From an uncultured Collinsella sp. (lineage in GTDB: Bacteria; Actinomycetota; Coriobacteriia; Coriobacteriales; Coriobacteriaceae): a stretch of 64,000 nucleotides of DNA. The notes beneath the pieces are model-generated. The model saw only the letters and a program-made list of their open reading frames with translations, did not search any database and was not told where the DNA came from. The position numbers were made by a program, and so were the translations under genes. The DNA is taken from NCBI GenBank assembly GCA_900544865.1, contig UQXA01000006.1, positions 8,673-72,672 on the forward strand, written 5' to 3'. Positions 1 through 9,986 of this stretch are shown here, piece after piece; the first letter of the stretch is position 1, and the number at the start of each line of letters is the position of its first letter.

Positions 1-1457
1 GGCAGGGCGTTGCGCTCGATGATGATGTTGAGCGCGTCCTCGTAGCGGCCCTCGTCAACAGCCGCCAGGTAGGCGGGAATGTCCTGCTGGATGGGGCAGC
101 TCGTACGGCACGGCGTCGTAAAGCAGTCGGAAAGCGGGCTCTTGCCGGCGACCTTGCGGTCGGGCAGCGGGCGCAGCGGCTTCTTGTAGAGCGGGTTGGT
201 GAGCGAGTCGGTCTGGATCGCGGTCACGGCGTCGAGAGAGACGCCCGCGAACGGCTTGCCGGCCAGATCGGCAAACTCGCCGGCCATCTGGCTAAAGCGC
301 TCGTAGCCACCGGGCTTGAGCACGTCGGTCGCCAGGGTGACGGGCCAAATGCCGGCATCATACAGGGCGCGAATGTTGTAGACCGTGGCGCCACCGGAGT
401 AACTGATGCGCAGCTTACCGTCAAACTGCTCGGTAATGCGGCGGGCAGCCTCGATGGTCAGCGAGAACAGCGAACGGCCAGACATGTACATCTCGGTGGA
501 AGGCAGCTCGTTTCTCGTCACGTCGACGGGGAAGGTGTTGGTGAGCTTGACGCCAAACTCCAGACCGCGCTCGGCGCACAGGACAATCAGGCGCTCGAAC
601 ATAGGCACGGTATCGGCCCACTGCAGGTCCTCGCGGAAGTGCGTGTCATCGAAGACGATGTAGTCAAAGCCCAGCTCGTTGAGGCGCTGGCGGGCAAACT
701 CATAGCCCAGCAGCGTGGGGTTGCACTTGATGTAGGTGTTGAGGCCCTTCTCGGTGATCAGATAGGTCGCGATGCGCTCGATCTCCGCCGGCGGGCAGCC
801 GTGCAGGGTGGACTCGGTGATGGAGTTGGAGACGCGTGCCGGAATGGATTCGACAAATGCGGCGTCAACATGCTCAAACTTGTCCAGGTTGGCGAGCGCC
901 CACGTGCGGCACTCGTTCCAAACCTCGGAGCCGCTGGCGTCCTTCATGCCCTCGATGTAGGCGTCGACCTTGGGGCTCTTGATGCCCTCCAGGTCATAAC
1001 CCACGGACATGTTGAAGACAAAGCCGTCCGGGCTGCCCAGGCCGTACTCACGAGCGATCAGGTGGCAGGCGAACCATGCCTTCACGTACTCGGCAAAAGC
1101 CTGCGGAACCTCGAGCTCGGTCGACCACTCGCAGTTGTAGCACTCGTCCTGCGCCACGATGCAGGGCTTGTTCACACACTTGGAGAGCTCCTCGCCGTCC
1201 ATAACCTGAACGGTCTTGAGCTCAAAGAAGCGGGAACCGGCCACGTAGGATGCCACGATGTTCTGGGCAAGCTGCGTGTTGGGGCCGGCGGCCGGGCCAA
1301 ACGGAGTCTCGATGCGCTCGTCAAAAATGGGAAGCGCGCCCTCCTGGTTGGTCGTGACCATCTTGCGCACGCCAAAGACGGCGCCCTGAGTCTTGTGCTC
1401 CTCGATGATCCAGTTCATCAGCTGCGAAAACGGGATCGGCCTCATGATGTCGCTCAT
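1..1457 (-). CDS. ygfK: Putative selenate reductase-like Fe-S flavoprotein YgfK (5' part; runs off the window)
   Basis: Hand-translated from ATG at 1457: MSDIMRPIPFSQLMNWI...PFGPAAGPNTQLAQNI, KCNPTLLG, FGVKLTNTFPV, MYMSGRSL, CFTTPCRTSCPIQQDIP; next to ssnA. Not in the ORF track because it has no stop in the window. Confidence 0.9.
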   Translation of the reverse strand, partial: MSDIMRPIPFSQLMNWIIEEHKTQGAVFGVRKMVTTNQEGALPIFDERIETPFGPAAGPNTQLAQNIVASYVAGSRFFELKTVQVMDGEELSKCVNKPCIVAQDECYNCEWSTELEVPQAFAEYVKAWFACHLIAREYGLGSPDGFVFNMSVGYDLEGIKSPKVDAYIEGMKDASGSEVWNECRTWALANLDKFEHVDAAFVESIPARVSNSITESTLHGCPPAEIERIATYLITEKGLNTYIKCNPTLLGYEFARQRLNELGFDYIVFDDTHFREDLQWADTVPMFERLIVLCAERGLEFGVKLTNTFPVDVTRNELPSTEMYMSGRSLFSLTIEAARRITEQFDGKLRISYSGGATVYNIRALYDAGIWPVTLATDVLKPGGYERFSQMAGEFADLAGKPFAGVSLDAVTAIQTDSLTNPLYKKPLRPLPDRKVAGKSPLSDCFTTPCRTSCPIQQDIPAYLAAVDEGRYEDALNIIIERNAL

Positions 1458-1605
1458 AGTGAGCTCCTCTCTGTAACGCCCGGCGAGACCGCGCGGCGGG
1501 CGCAAATACGGTGTAGCGCTAGCACAGCGCCGGCGACCCCGCGGAGGTCGCCTATACGCGCGTCGGATGCGGCGAAACATCCGACGCGCGTGAATCTACT
1601 TGTAA

Positions 1606-2961
1606 TTAGTAGGCGCGATCGTTGAGCGTGCTCCAGAGCTTCTTGGACTCGGCCATGGTCCACGCGTTGATCTTGTCCTCATCAATGCCAACAAACTCGC
1701 GATCCTTGTACAGGACGCGGCCGTTGATGATGGTGGTGCGGCAGTTTTTGCCCATCATGCCAAAGAGCATGTGGCCGTCGATGTTCTCCTCGCTCAGCGG
1801 CGTAAAGGGCTTATAGTCCATGACGATGACGTCGGCGGCAGCGCCGGGCTCAAGCACACCGAGCTTGCGATCGAAGTACTTGCTGGCCATCTTGGCGTTA
1901 TTCTCAAACAGCATGGTCATGGCCTCGCACCAGCCCACGTTGGGCATAGCGGCGTTGTGGCGCTGAATAATCAGGAAGACCTTGAGGCTCTCGAGCATAT
2001 CGTGGGTGTAGGCGTCGGTGCCCATGCACACGGGGATGCCGCGGCGGAAGAACTCGAGCACGGGGGCGCAGCCCACGGCATTGCCCATATTGGATTCGGG
2101 GTTGTTGACCAGCCAGGTGCCGGACTCCTTGACGATATCCATCTCGGCGGGCGTCACATGGATGCAGTGGCCGAGCATGGTGTCGGGACCGAGCAGGTTG
2201 TGCTGCAGCAGGCGCTCGACGGGGCTGATGCCGCCGCGGTTGAGGCGGGAATCCCACACGTCGTTCATGCCCTCGCACACGTGGATGTGGAAGCCGGTCA
2301 GACCGTTGTTGGCCTCGGCCATCTTATCCATGGTCTCATCCGACAGCGTAAAGGTGGCGTGACCGCCAAACATTGCGGCGATCATGTGGTTGTCGTTATC
2401 GCGACGCTCCTTGGCGGCCCACTGGGCAAACTCGGCGTTCTCGGCAATAGCCTGATCGCACTTTTCCTGGCCACGGCGGTCGGAAACCTCGTAGCACAGG
2501 CACGAACGCATGCCCAGCTCCTGAGCAGCGTCCTTAATGGTAAAGAGGCTGCCCGGAATCTCGCAGAAGCTCGCGTGGTGATCGAAGATCGTGGTGACGC
2601 CGTCGCGGATGGAATCCAGAATCGTGGCATAGGCGCTGGCCTTGGTGCCGTCGAGCGTCAGGTTGTCGTCAATCTTCCACCACTGCTGCTCAAGATTCTC
2701 CAGGAAGTTGGTGGGGTTGCAGCCCTTAATGGCAAGGCCGCGGGCCAGACCCGAGTAGATGTGGGTGTGGCAGTTGATGAGTCCGGGCATGATGAGGTTG
2801 CCCCGGGCGTCGACGTACTCGGCATCCGGGTACTTGGCCTTGAGCTCGCACTCGGGGCCCACTTCGACGATCGTATCTCCGTCAATGGCGACCGCACCGT
2901 TGGGGATGAACGGGGCCTGAGCGTTGCGGGTAAAGACGGAACCGTTAGCGACCAGAAGCAT
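1606..2961 (-). CDS. ssnA: Putative aminohydrolase SsnA (metal-dependent amidohydrolase)
   Basis: PGLINCHTHIYS, FHIHVCEG, LGHCIH, NNPESNMGN, GTDAY motifs; upstream of ygfK; start placed at MLLVANG after GAAGGGAG. Confidence 0.88.
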   Translation of the reverse strand: MLLVANGSVFTRNAQAPFIPNGAVAIDGDTIVEVGPECELKAKYPDAEYVDARGNLIMPGLINCHTHIYSGLARGLAIKGCNPTNFLENLEQQWWKIDDNLTLDGTKASAYATILDSIRDGVTTIFDHHASFCEIPGSLFTIKDAAQELGMRSCLCYEVSDRRGQEKCDQAIAENAEFAQWAAKERRDNDNHMIAAMFGGHATFTLSDETMDKMAEANNGLTGFHIHVCEGMNDVWDSRLNRGGISPVERLLQHNLLGPDTMLGHCIHVTPAEMDIVKESGTWLVNNPESNMGNAVGCAPVLEFFRRGIPVCMGTDAYTHDMLESLKVFLIIQRHNAAMPNVGWCEAMTMLFENNAKMASKYFDRKLGVLEPGAAADVIVMDYKPFTPLSEENIDGHMLFGMMGKNCRTTIINGRVLYKDREFVGIDEDKINAWTMAESKKLWSTLNDRAY

Positions 2962-3156
2962 GGATGCTCCCTTCGACATCAGAGGCGGGGTTTGACACCT
3001 CTGACATGGCGGAGTGCGAAGCGCCGGCCTACACCGGAAACGGGCCCTCTCCCGTCAACGCTTCACCAAAGGGACAAACCCTTTGAAGTGCGGCTTGGCG
3101 CCGCATGACGTCGGCGGACGAGGCGATGCGCCCGCCGACGAATAGCACCGAATTGG

Positions 3157-4551
3157 TTACTTCTTGCTCTCGGGCAAGACCAGATCCACGGCAGCGTCCT
3201 TGGCAGCATCGATGTGCTGAGCCACAACCGGCGTCTGCGGAAGAATCAGGTTAAGGACAATGGCCATGATGGCGGTGGGGGTTACGGCATTGGAGCCGAT
3301 GACGGTGGACACCCAGGCGGGCATGCCCTCGCCGGCAAGGCAACCGCTGGCCATCCAGATACCCAGGCCAAAGACGACGGAGGTACCGACGATGGTGGTG
3401 GTGCGCTGCGTGAGGCCCTCGCGGGTGAACATGCGCACGCCGTTCATGGTGATGGTGCCAAAGACGCCGACGGTCGCGCCGCCGATGACGGGCTGCGGGA
3501 TAGCGGAAAGGACGGCAGAGAGCTGCGGGAACAGACCGGCGATGGCAAAGACGGCCGCGATGATCACAAAGACCCACTTGTTGACGACCTTGTTGGAGCA
3601 GATGATGCCCACGTTCTGGCCAAGGGCGCTGGTGGGAAGACCGCCCAGCAGGCCGCCGACCATAGAGGTGAGACCCTGGGACACGATAGCGCCGGAGAGC
3701 TCGCGCTCGGTGGGCATACGGTCGATGGAGCCCAGGCAGGCGGCGGAGACGTCACCGATAACCTGGATGGCAACCATGGGGAACACGACGGCGAGGGTAA
3801 TGCAGACCTCGGGATCAAACTCGAGCGCATAGGGCATGAGCTTGGGAAGGGCGAAGACCTGGGCGGTGGCGACGCTGGAGAAGTCGATCATGCCAAAGGG
3901 GATCGAAACGATCATGCCGACGATCATGCCAAAGAACACGGATCCCAGCTTGAGCGTACCCTTGCCAAAGTTGGCGAGCGCAAAGACCACGGCGAAGGTG
4001 ATGAGAGCGACGCACCACGCCTGCGGGGTGCCCCACAGCGGCGTGCCCATGCCACCGGCCATGTACTTAACGGCCGTGGGATAAAGAGAGACGCCAATGG
4101 AGAAGATGACCGTACCGGTCACGACGGGCGGGAACAGCCACTTGATCTTGCTGTAGGCCAGACCAAAGAGGACCGCGACGGCGCCGCCGACGATCTCGCC
4201 GCCCAGCAGTGCACCAAAGCTAAAGCCCGAGGCACCCATGGCCTGCAGGGCCGGCAGGAACGCGAACGAAACGCCCATGACGATGGGCAGACCGCCGCCG
4301 ATGCGACGGAAGGGAGCGAAGGCCTGGAGGGCCGTGTCGATTGCCGAAAGAATGAGCGCGACCTGGATGATGTCGGTGCTCTGCTGGCTATTAAAACCGT
4401 AGACGCCGGCCATGATGACCGCCGGGGTAATGATGCCGGCAAACGATGCCAGTACGTGCTGAAGGGCACACGGGATCATTTCCTTAACGGGAGGCATGCC
4501 TTCGCGAGTGAACAGGGCTTCAGTGCCGTTCGTAACCGTCTCCTGGGTCAT
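3157..4551 (-). CDS. NCS2 family xanthine/uracil/urate permease
   Basis: ALQHVLASFAG N-terminal motif, QNVG NAT signature, multiple TM segments. Confidence 0.9.
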   Translation of the reverse strand: MTQETVTNGTEALFTREGMPPVKEMIPCALQHVLASFAGIITPAVIMAGVYGFNSQQSTDIIQVALILSAIDTALQAFAPFRRIGGGLPIVMGVSFAFLPALQAMGASGFSFGALLGGEIVGGAVAVLFGLAYSKIKWLFPPVVTGTVIFSIGVSLYPTAVKYMAGGMGTPLWGTPQAWCVALITFAVVFALANFGKGTLKLGSVFFGMIVGMIVSIPFGMIDFSSVATAQVFALPKLMPYALEFDPEVCITLAVVFPMVAIQVIGDVSAACLGSIDRMPTERELSGAIVSQGLTSMVGGLLGGLPTSALGQNVGIICSNKVVNKWVFVIIAAVFAIAGLFPQLSAVLSAIPQPVIGGATVGVFGTITMNGVRMFTREGLTQRTTTIVGTSVVFGLGIWMASGCLAGEGMPAWVSTVIGSNAVTPTAIMAIVLNLILPQTPVVAQHIDAAKDAAVDLVLPESKK

Positions 4552-4903
4552 TTGACCACCAATCCTCGAAATAGTTGTTTTCGCATCTAACGCTCTATTG
4601 TGACGCAGTGCGGGGTTGAGGTTGTGCCTTCGTTGGATATCGTATTAAAGATGATTCTCATTCTCAATAATAATTTTTTGTTATCAGACTATTCTTAAGC
4701 TGAGACGATGCATTTCCGCAGGTCAGGAAAGTGTCTAGTCAAAATAACATCTAACTTTTCTTTTGGTCGACCGTTTACCGCCGAATTCCTACCGCTCGTC
4801 TGTATTACGCAATGTACCTGCGAATATGCGAGAAGAGGAATGGCGTGTTACCATGAGAAAAAATTGTTATGAACATTTCCGATTTCACCCCAAGGAGTTG
4901 CCC

Positions 4904-5560
4904 GTGAACGAGACCGTACGTCGCTTTTTGCCGATGGTCGATTTCCTGGAGCAGATACTCGGTAAGAACAGCGAAATCGTGCTGCACGATTTCTCGGATC
5001 CCGACCACGCCATCGTCGATATTCGCAACGGCATCGTGAGCGGCCGCAAGGTCGGCGGCCCCGCCACCGATCTGGCACTCAAGATCATGCACGACGCCAA
5101 GTATCGCGACCTGCCGTTTATTACGGGTTATGAAGGGCGCGGCGCCGGTGGCAAGACGTTGGAGTCCGCGACGTTCTTTATCCGCGAGAATGGCGAGATC
5201 GTCGGTATGCTCTGCGTCAACACCGATCTTTCCACGGTACGCTCCATCAACGCCATGGCGCAGCAGCTCATGGCTTGCTTCGACGCTGTGCCTAGGCAGG
5301 CGGAGCCCGCGTCTATCGAGGTCGAAAGCCTTTCGGAGTCCACACAGGAACTCATCGACCGCAGCATTGCCGAGTTGCTGAGCGCGCGCGGGCTGGATGT
5401 AGCGTCGCTTGGTCAGAGCGACCGCGTGGACGTCATTCGCCACCTCAACGGCAACGGGGTGTTCATGCTCAAGGGCGCCGTAGCCTGCGCCGCCACCGCG
5501 CTGGGCATCTCGGAGCCCAGCGTCTACCGCTACCTGCAAAAAGTCCGCAAGGAAGGCTAA
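4904..5560 (+). CDS. YheO-like PAS domain + HTH transcriptional regulator
   Basis: EIVLHDF...IRNGIVSGRKVGGPATD, C-terminal GVFMLKGAV...LGISEPSVYRYL; GTG start after AAGGAG. Confidence 0.88.
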   Translation: MNETVRRFLPMVDFLEQILGKNSEIVLHDFSDPDHAIVDIRNGIVSGRKVGGPATDLALKIMHDAKYRDLPFITGYEGRGAGGKTLESATFFIRENGEIVGMLCVNTDLSTVRSINAMAQQLMACFDAVPRQAEPASIEVESLSESTQELIDRSIAELLSARGLDVASLGQSDRVDVIRHLNGNGVFMLKGAVACAATALGISEPSVYRYLQKVRKEG

Positions 5561-5616
5561 CCCGCTGACTCCTTGGGGACGGAGGAAAACGGATCATTTT
5601 TGTCGCATCGCTTGAC

Positions 5617-5656
5617 AAAAGACCCTGCAGTTCACACGCGCTGCAGGGTCTTTTTG
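5617..5656. terminator. Bidirectional intrinsic terminator
   Basis: AAAAGACCCTGCAG-loop-CTGCAGGGTCTTTTT between convergent genes. Confidence 0.8.
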
Positions 5657-5684
5657 CATGTCATGTTTAGTTGTTGCCAACGCC

Positions 5685-6062
5685 TTAGAGAGCGGCGACG
5701 ACCTCGATCTCGACCAGACCGCCGGCCGGAAGGGCGGCAACCTGGAAAGCGCTGCGCGCGGGGAACGGAGCCTCAAACTTGGAAGCGTAGATCTCGTTCA
5801 CGGCAGCGAAGTCGGCGATGTCGGCCAGGTAGACCGTGGTCTTGACGACATCGGCAAAGGTGGCGCCGGCAGCGGTCAGCAGCGCCTCGACGTTAGCAAG
5901 GGACTGCTTAGCCTGGGCCTCGACGCCCTCGGGCATCTTGCCGGTTGCGGGGTCGATGCCCAGCTGGCCGGACAGGAACACCATGTTGCCGGTCTGGATG
6001 CCGGGGGAATACGGGCCGATGGCTGCGGGTGCGTTATCGGAAGACACGACGGTCTTGCTCAT
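5685..6062 (-). CDS. ridA: RidA family enamine/imine deaminase
   Basis: APAAIGPYS, SGQLG, PARSAFQVAALP, VEIE motifs; start MSKTVV after AAGGAG. Confidence 0.92.
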   Translation of the reverse strand: MSKTVVSSDNAPAAIGPYSPGIQTGNMVFLSGQLGIDPATGKMPEGVEAQAKQSLANVEALLTAAGATFADVVKTTVYLADIADFAAVNEIYASKFEAPFPARSAFQVAALPAGGLVEIEVVAAL

Positions 6063-6262
6063 GTTTTTCTCCTTACGATCAGATAGAGAGCGTGAGCGCG
6101 GCGTTCGCACCGGGAGGCACAATTCGGTCTGAACACCGCGCTTGATTTGGGATAGTACTCAAGGTTTCCGCGCGATGCAAGATTATTATCACGTTGCGAG
6201 AATAATTTATCGCCCAACGGCGCCTGTCGGCCGCTGAACGGCACGACCGGACGGTGAAGCTC

Positions 6263-6334
6263 AAAATGATCCGTTTCCCTCCGTCCCCCATGGATCACCT
6301 GATCCGCTGGGGACGGAGGGAAACGGATCATTTT
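6263..6334. repeat. REP-like 26-bp inverted repeat pair (GGGGACGG family)
   Basis: AAAATGATCCGTTTCCCTCCGTCCCC (6263-6288) / GGGGACGGAGGGAAACGGATCATTTT (6309-6334); single copies at 5575-5602 and 56961-56983. Confidence 0.85.
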
Positions 6335-6440
6335 TGCTGCAAGGGCTGCTGAAGACTTTGTCCTGCTTGGGCTGCGGTCATCGTCCGCCGCAACAGCACC
6401 ACTATACTTTTGAATATCTGAGCATTTTGAAAGGCAGGAT

Positions 6441-8933
6441 ATGACCGCAACCGCCAGTCGAACCACCAACCGCAGACCCGAGCTTTTGGCGCCCGCCGGA
6501 GGGCCCGAGCCCTTTGCCGCCGCACTCGCCGCGGGGGCAGACGCCATCTATTGCGGCATGGGCAGCTTCAACGCCCGCCGCAAGGCCACCAACTTTACCG
6601 ACGAGGCCTTTGAGCAGGCCTGCCGCGCCGCGCATCTAGCCGGGTCGCGCGTCTACGTCACGGTCAACATCGTCATCAAGCAGTCCGAGATGGGCGATGC
6701 GCTGCAACTCATTCATCGCTGCTCCACGCTGGGCGCCGATGCCTTCATTATCCAGGACTGGGGCCTGTTCTTTGAGGTCAAACGCACCATGCCCGGCATC
6801 GAGACACATATCTCGACCCAGGCGAACATCCACGACGACCGCGGAACCCTTTGGTGCCGCGAGCAGGGCGCCGACCGCGTGACTCTCTCGCGCGAGCTCT
6901 CCATCGACGAGATCGCCGCCATTCATAATGCCGCGCCCGATGTGGACCTTGAGGTCTTTAGCCATGGCGCCATCTGCTTTTGCTACTCGGGTCTGTGCCT
7001 GCTTTCGAGCTTTGCCATGGCGGGACGATCGGCCAACCGTGGCATGTGCGCCCAGCCCTGCCGCCTGCCCTACGAACTGATCGACGAAAACGGTCGCGCG
7101 CTCTCCCCCGCCGGCCGCGAGCGTGCGCTATGCCCGCGTGACACCAACACCTCGCAGCTTGTTCGCCGCCTGTATTACGCCGGCGCCGCGTCGCTCAAGC
7201 TCGAGGGCCGCATGAAGGCGCCCGATTACGTGTACTCCATCGTCGATGTGTATCGTCACGAAATTGACGACATGCTATCCGGAGCCACCGTTGCCAAGGA
7301 CGAGGAAGCCGCCCGCCAGCGCCAGCTCAAGCGCTGCTTCAACCGCGACTTTACGCATGCCTATCAGGACGGCGCCTCGGGCGACGAGATGATGAGCTAT
7401 GAGCGTTCCAACAACCGCGGCCAGATCGTGGGCACGGTGCTGGGCAGCCGCCCGGCCAACCGCGATGTGCGCGGCCTCAAGCCCGACGACCGCCGTCGCC
7501 GCGCCGCCATCGCCCGCATTGAGCTGTTTGAGCCCGTGGGCAAGGGCGACCTGTTGGAGCTTCGCCACGACGACGAGTTTGACCAGTTCCTGACCACCAT
7601 TGCTGCCGATGATGCCGCCGCGGGCGACATCATCGAATGTCGCGTACCCCGCAGCATGCCCGAGGGTTGCCGTGTGCGCGTGATTCGCAGTCAGCGTGCC
7701 ATCGACGCCGCCGGCGCCGCGCTCAAGCGCGATGTGCTGCGCCGCCGAGCTGTTGATGTGTCCGTCGTGGCGCGCCTGGGCGAGCCGTTTACCGTCACAC
7801 TCACCTGCTGTGACAACCCCGCGCTCGCCGCCACCGCCACAGGCTTCACCGTCGAGGCCGCCAAGACTCGCGCCGTCGAGGCGGCAGACCTGGTTGAGCA
7901 TGTGGGCCGTATGGGTTCCTCGCCCTTTGAGGCTGCGAGCTTTGACGTTTCGCTCGACGCCGGCTGCGGCATGGGCTTCTCCGCCGTGCACAAGGTGCGC
8001 GCCGCCGCCTGTAAAGCATTGGAGGAGACCATTCTGGCGCCGTACGAGGAGCGCGCGAAAACGCTCGAGATTCCGTTGCTCGACAAATGTACGCGCGCCA
8101 TGCCCGAGCATTACCGCGATGAGCCGCAGATCTGCGCCGCCGTCACCACGCTCGAAGCCGCCGAGGCGGCTCGCGCCGAGGGCGCCGCGCGCATCTATAT
8201 GACCACCGACGCGCTCGAGGCTGTCGGACTCTCCCCTGCCGATGCATTTGAGCAGGGTATCGTGCCCGTACTCGACGAGGTCTGCCGCGCCGTCGACCAC
8301 GAGCGCGTCGATCCTTGGATCAATGCCGGAGCCACCGTCGCCGTCGGCAATATCTCCGAGCTCGCCGTAGCCGCGCATGCCGGCGCCACGGCCGAGATTC
8401 GCTCTTGCCTGCCGGTGCACAACATACCCTGCATGGAGGCGCTTGCCGAGCGCGGAGCCGGCGCATTTTGGCTCTCGCCCGAGATCACGCTCGACGAGAT
8501 TGCCTCGCTCGGCGCCGCCGCGCCCGCGGCTCTGGGCATCACCGTCTTTGGCCGTCCGCGCGTTATGACGAGCGAACACTGCATTCTGCAGGTTGCCAAC
8601 GGCTGCATCCACGATTGTGTCAACTGCCGTCTGCGTGCCCGCAAGCTCTCGCTCAAGAATATCGACGGAAAGGTCATGCCCGTCCGCACCGACATCCACG
8701 GCCGCTCTCGCCTGTACGATGCCTACCCCATCGACCTCACGCCGCAGGTTCCTCAGCTGCTCGATGCCGGTGTGCGTCGTCTCATGGTGGACGGAGCGCT
8801 GCTCGAGACGGATGAGGTTGGCCGTGCCGTCGCCCGCGTCCGTCGTGCCGTCGAAGCAGCGCAGGCCGGCCGCAAGCCCGCCGCCCGCCTACGCGGGGCG
8901 ACCTCGGGCTGCATGTTTGTGGGAATCAGCTAA
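6441..8933 (+). CDS. U32 family 'peptidase' (long form, likely RNA hydroxylase, RlhA-like)
   Basis: PELLAPAG, HISTQ, HGAICFCYSGLC, RSANRGMCAQPCR, KLEGRMK motifs. Confidence 0.88.
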   Translation: MTATASRTTNRRPELLAPAGGPEPFAAALAAGADAIYCGMGSFNARRKATNFTDEAFEQACRAAHLAGSRVYVTVNIVIKQSEMGDALQLIHRCSTLGADAFIIQDWGLFFEVKRTMPGIETHISTQANIHDDRGTLWCREQGADRVTLSRELSIDEIAAIHNAAPDVDLEVFSHGAICFCYSGLCLLSSFAMAGRSANRGMCAQPCRLPYELIDENGRALSPAGRERALCPRDTNTSQLVRRLYYAGAASLKLEGRMKAPDYVYSIVDVYRHEIDDMLSGATVAKDEEAARQRQLKRCFNRDFTHAYQDGASGDEMMSYERSNNRGQIVGTVLGSRPANRDVRGLKPDDRRRRAAIARIELFEPVGKGDLLELRHDDEFDQFLTTIAADDAAAGDIIECRVPRSMPEGCRVRVIRSQRAIDAAGAALKRDVLRRRAVDVSVVARLGEPFTVTLTCCDNPALAATATGFTVEAAKTRAVEAADLVEHVGRMGSSPFEAASFDVSLDAGCGMGFSAVHKVRAAACKALEETILAPYEERAKTLEIPLLDKCTRAMPEHYRDEPQICAAVTTLEAAEAARAEGAARIYMTTDALEAVGLSPADAFEQGIVPVLDEVCRAVDHERVDPWINAGATVAVGNISELAVAAHAGATAEIRSCLPVHNIPCMEALAERGAGAFWLSPEITLDEIASLGAAAPAALGITVFGRPRVMTSEHCILQVANGCIHDCVNCRLRARKLSLKNIDGKVMPVRTDIHGRSRLYDAYPIDLTPQVPQLLDAGVRRLMVDGALLETDEVGRAVARVRRAVEAAQAGRKPAARLRGATSGCMFVGIS

Positions 8934-8948
8934 CCGAAAGGCTAACAC

Positions 8949-9608
8949 GTGAACGAAGAACCTCAAGTCCTCTACTGCGACGCCTGGCTCATGGCCATCG
9001 ACAAGCCCGCCGGCATGATCGTCCACGGCGACGGCACCGGCGAGCGCACGCTCACCGACTACGCCAGCGACCTGCTGCTGGCGATGGGCGACGGCTTTGC
9101 CGCGACCGACATGCAGCCGCTTAACCGCCTGGACCGCGACACCACCGGCGTGGTGCTGTTCTCGCTCGACAAGCAGACGCAGCCCGCCTTTGACCAGATG
9201 GTCATCGACCACGCTTTCGAAAAGCACTACCTGGCGCTCGCCGAGGGCAAGATCGACTGGAACGAAAAGCTCATCGACAAGCCCATCGCCCGCGACCGCC
9301 ACGACAGTCGCAAGATGCGCGTCGGTGCTAGCGGCAAGCCGTCTCAAACGCGCGTGAAGGTACTCAAGCGTCTTAAGGGCCGCCGTGGCCTGCCCACGCG
9401 CTCGTATATCGATGTCGAGCTGCTCACCGGCCGCAAGCACCAGATCCGTGTGCATCTGGCGAGTGAGCGTCATCCTCTGGTAGGCGACGAGCTCTACGGC
9501 ACGCCGCGTCCCTGCGGCCTGATGCTCCACGCCCACAGCGTGTCCTTCACGCATCCCGTAACCGGCGAGCACATCCACATCGAAGCCCCTTGCCCCTGGG
9601 AGCCCTAA
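8949..9608 (+). CDS. RluA family pseudouridine synthase
   Basis: DKPAGMIVH, NRLDRDTTG, TGRKHQIRVH, GDELYG, LHA motifs. Confidence 0.92.
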   Translation: MNEEPQVLYCDAWLMAIDKPAGMIVHGDGTGERTLTDYASDLLLAMGDGFAATDMQPLNRLDRDTTGVVLFSLDKQTQPAFDQMVIDHAFEKHYLALAEGKIDWNEKLIDKPIARDRHDSRKMRVGASGKPSQTRVKVLKRLKGRRGLPTRSYIDVELLTGRKHQIRVHLASERHPLVGDELYGTPRPCGLMLHAHSVSFTHPVTGEHIHIEAPCPWEP

Positions 9609-9677
9609 ACCACCACAATGGGGACAGGCACCTTTGTGGTGGTTTTGCCGCAATGGCTCAGCCACGGTCCCAAAACG

Positions 9678-9893
9678 TCTCGATCTGTAACAGTTAGAAC
9701 CCACTTTTCGGTCTATCTGTTACAGATCGAGACATTCGAATCCCCCTTAAGGGAAAATCTCAATCTGTAACAATAACTCGGCAAAATCGGTCCCAGCTGT
9801 TACAGATTGAGACAAAGGGACGGCGCAGTTCGGAAGTATCTCAATCTGTAACACCTAGCCCACTTTTAACGGTCTAGTTGTTACAGACTTAGA
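9678..9893. repeat. Array of three 55-bp hairpins (six alternating-orientation 15-bp motifs)
   Basis: TCTCRATCTGTAACA-N25-TGTTACAGAYYKAGA starting at 9678, 9758 and 9839. Confidence 0.9.
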
Positions 9894-9910
9894 CAAAACC
9901 GGTAGACAAC

Positions 9911-9947
9911 AAAAGCGGCAACGCTCGTAATGGACGTTGCCGCTTTT
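9911..9947. terminator. Bidirectional intrinsic terminator
   Basis: AAAAGCGGCAACG...CGTTGCCGCTTTT between convergent genes. Confidence 0.75.
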
Positions 9948-9986
9948 CTATTGAGGAACCTAAATGGTTTTGACCTTGCCCTGTCG

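Noticed and set aside
1..1457. Selenoprotein recoding in ygfK
   Set aside because: No in-frame TGA noticed in the parts translated by hand; the ORF is missing from the track only because it is truncated by the window edge.
9678..9893. CRISPR array
   Set aside because: Repeats are 15 bp and alternate in orientation, spacers are partly related, and no cas genes or leader are visible; kept as a hairpin array.
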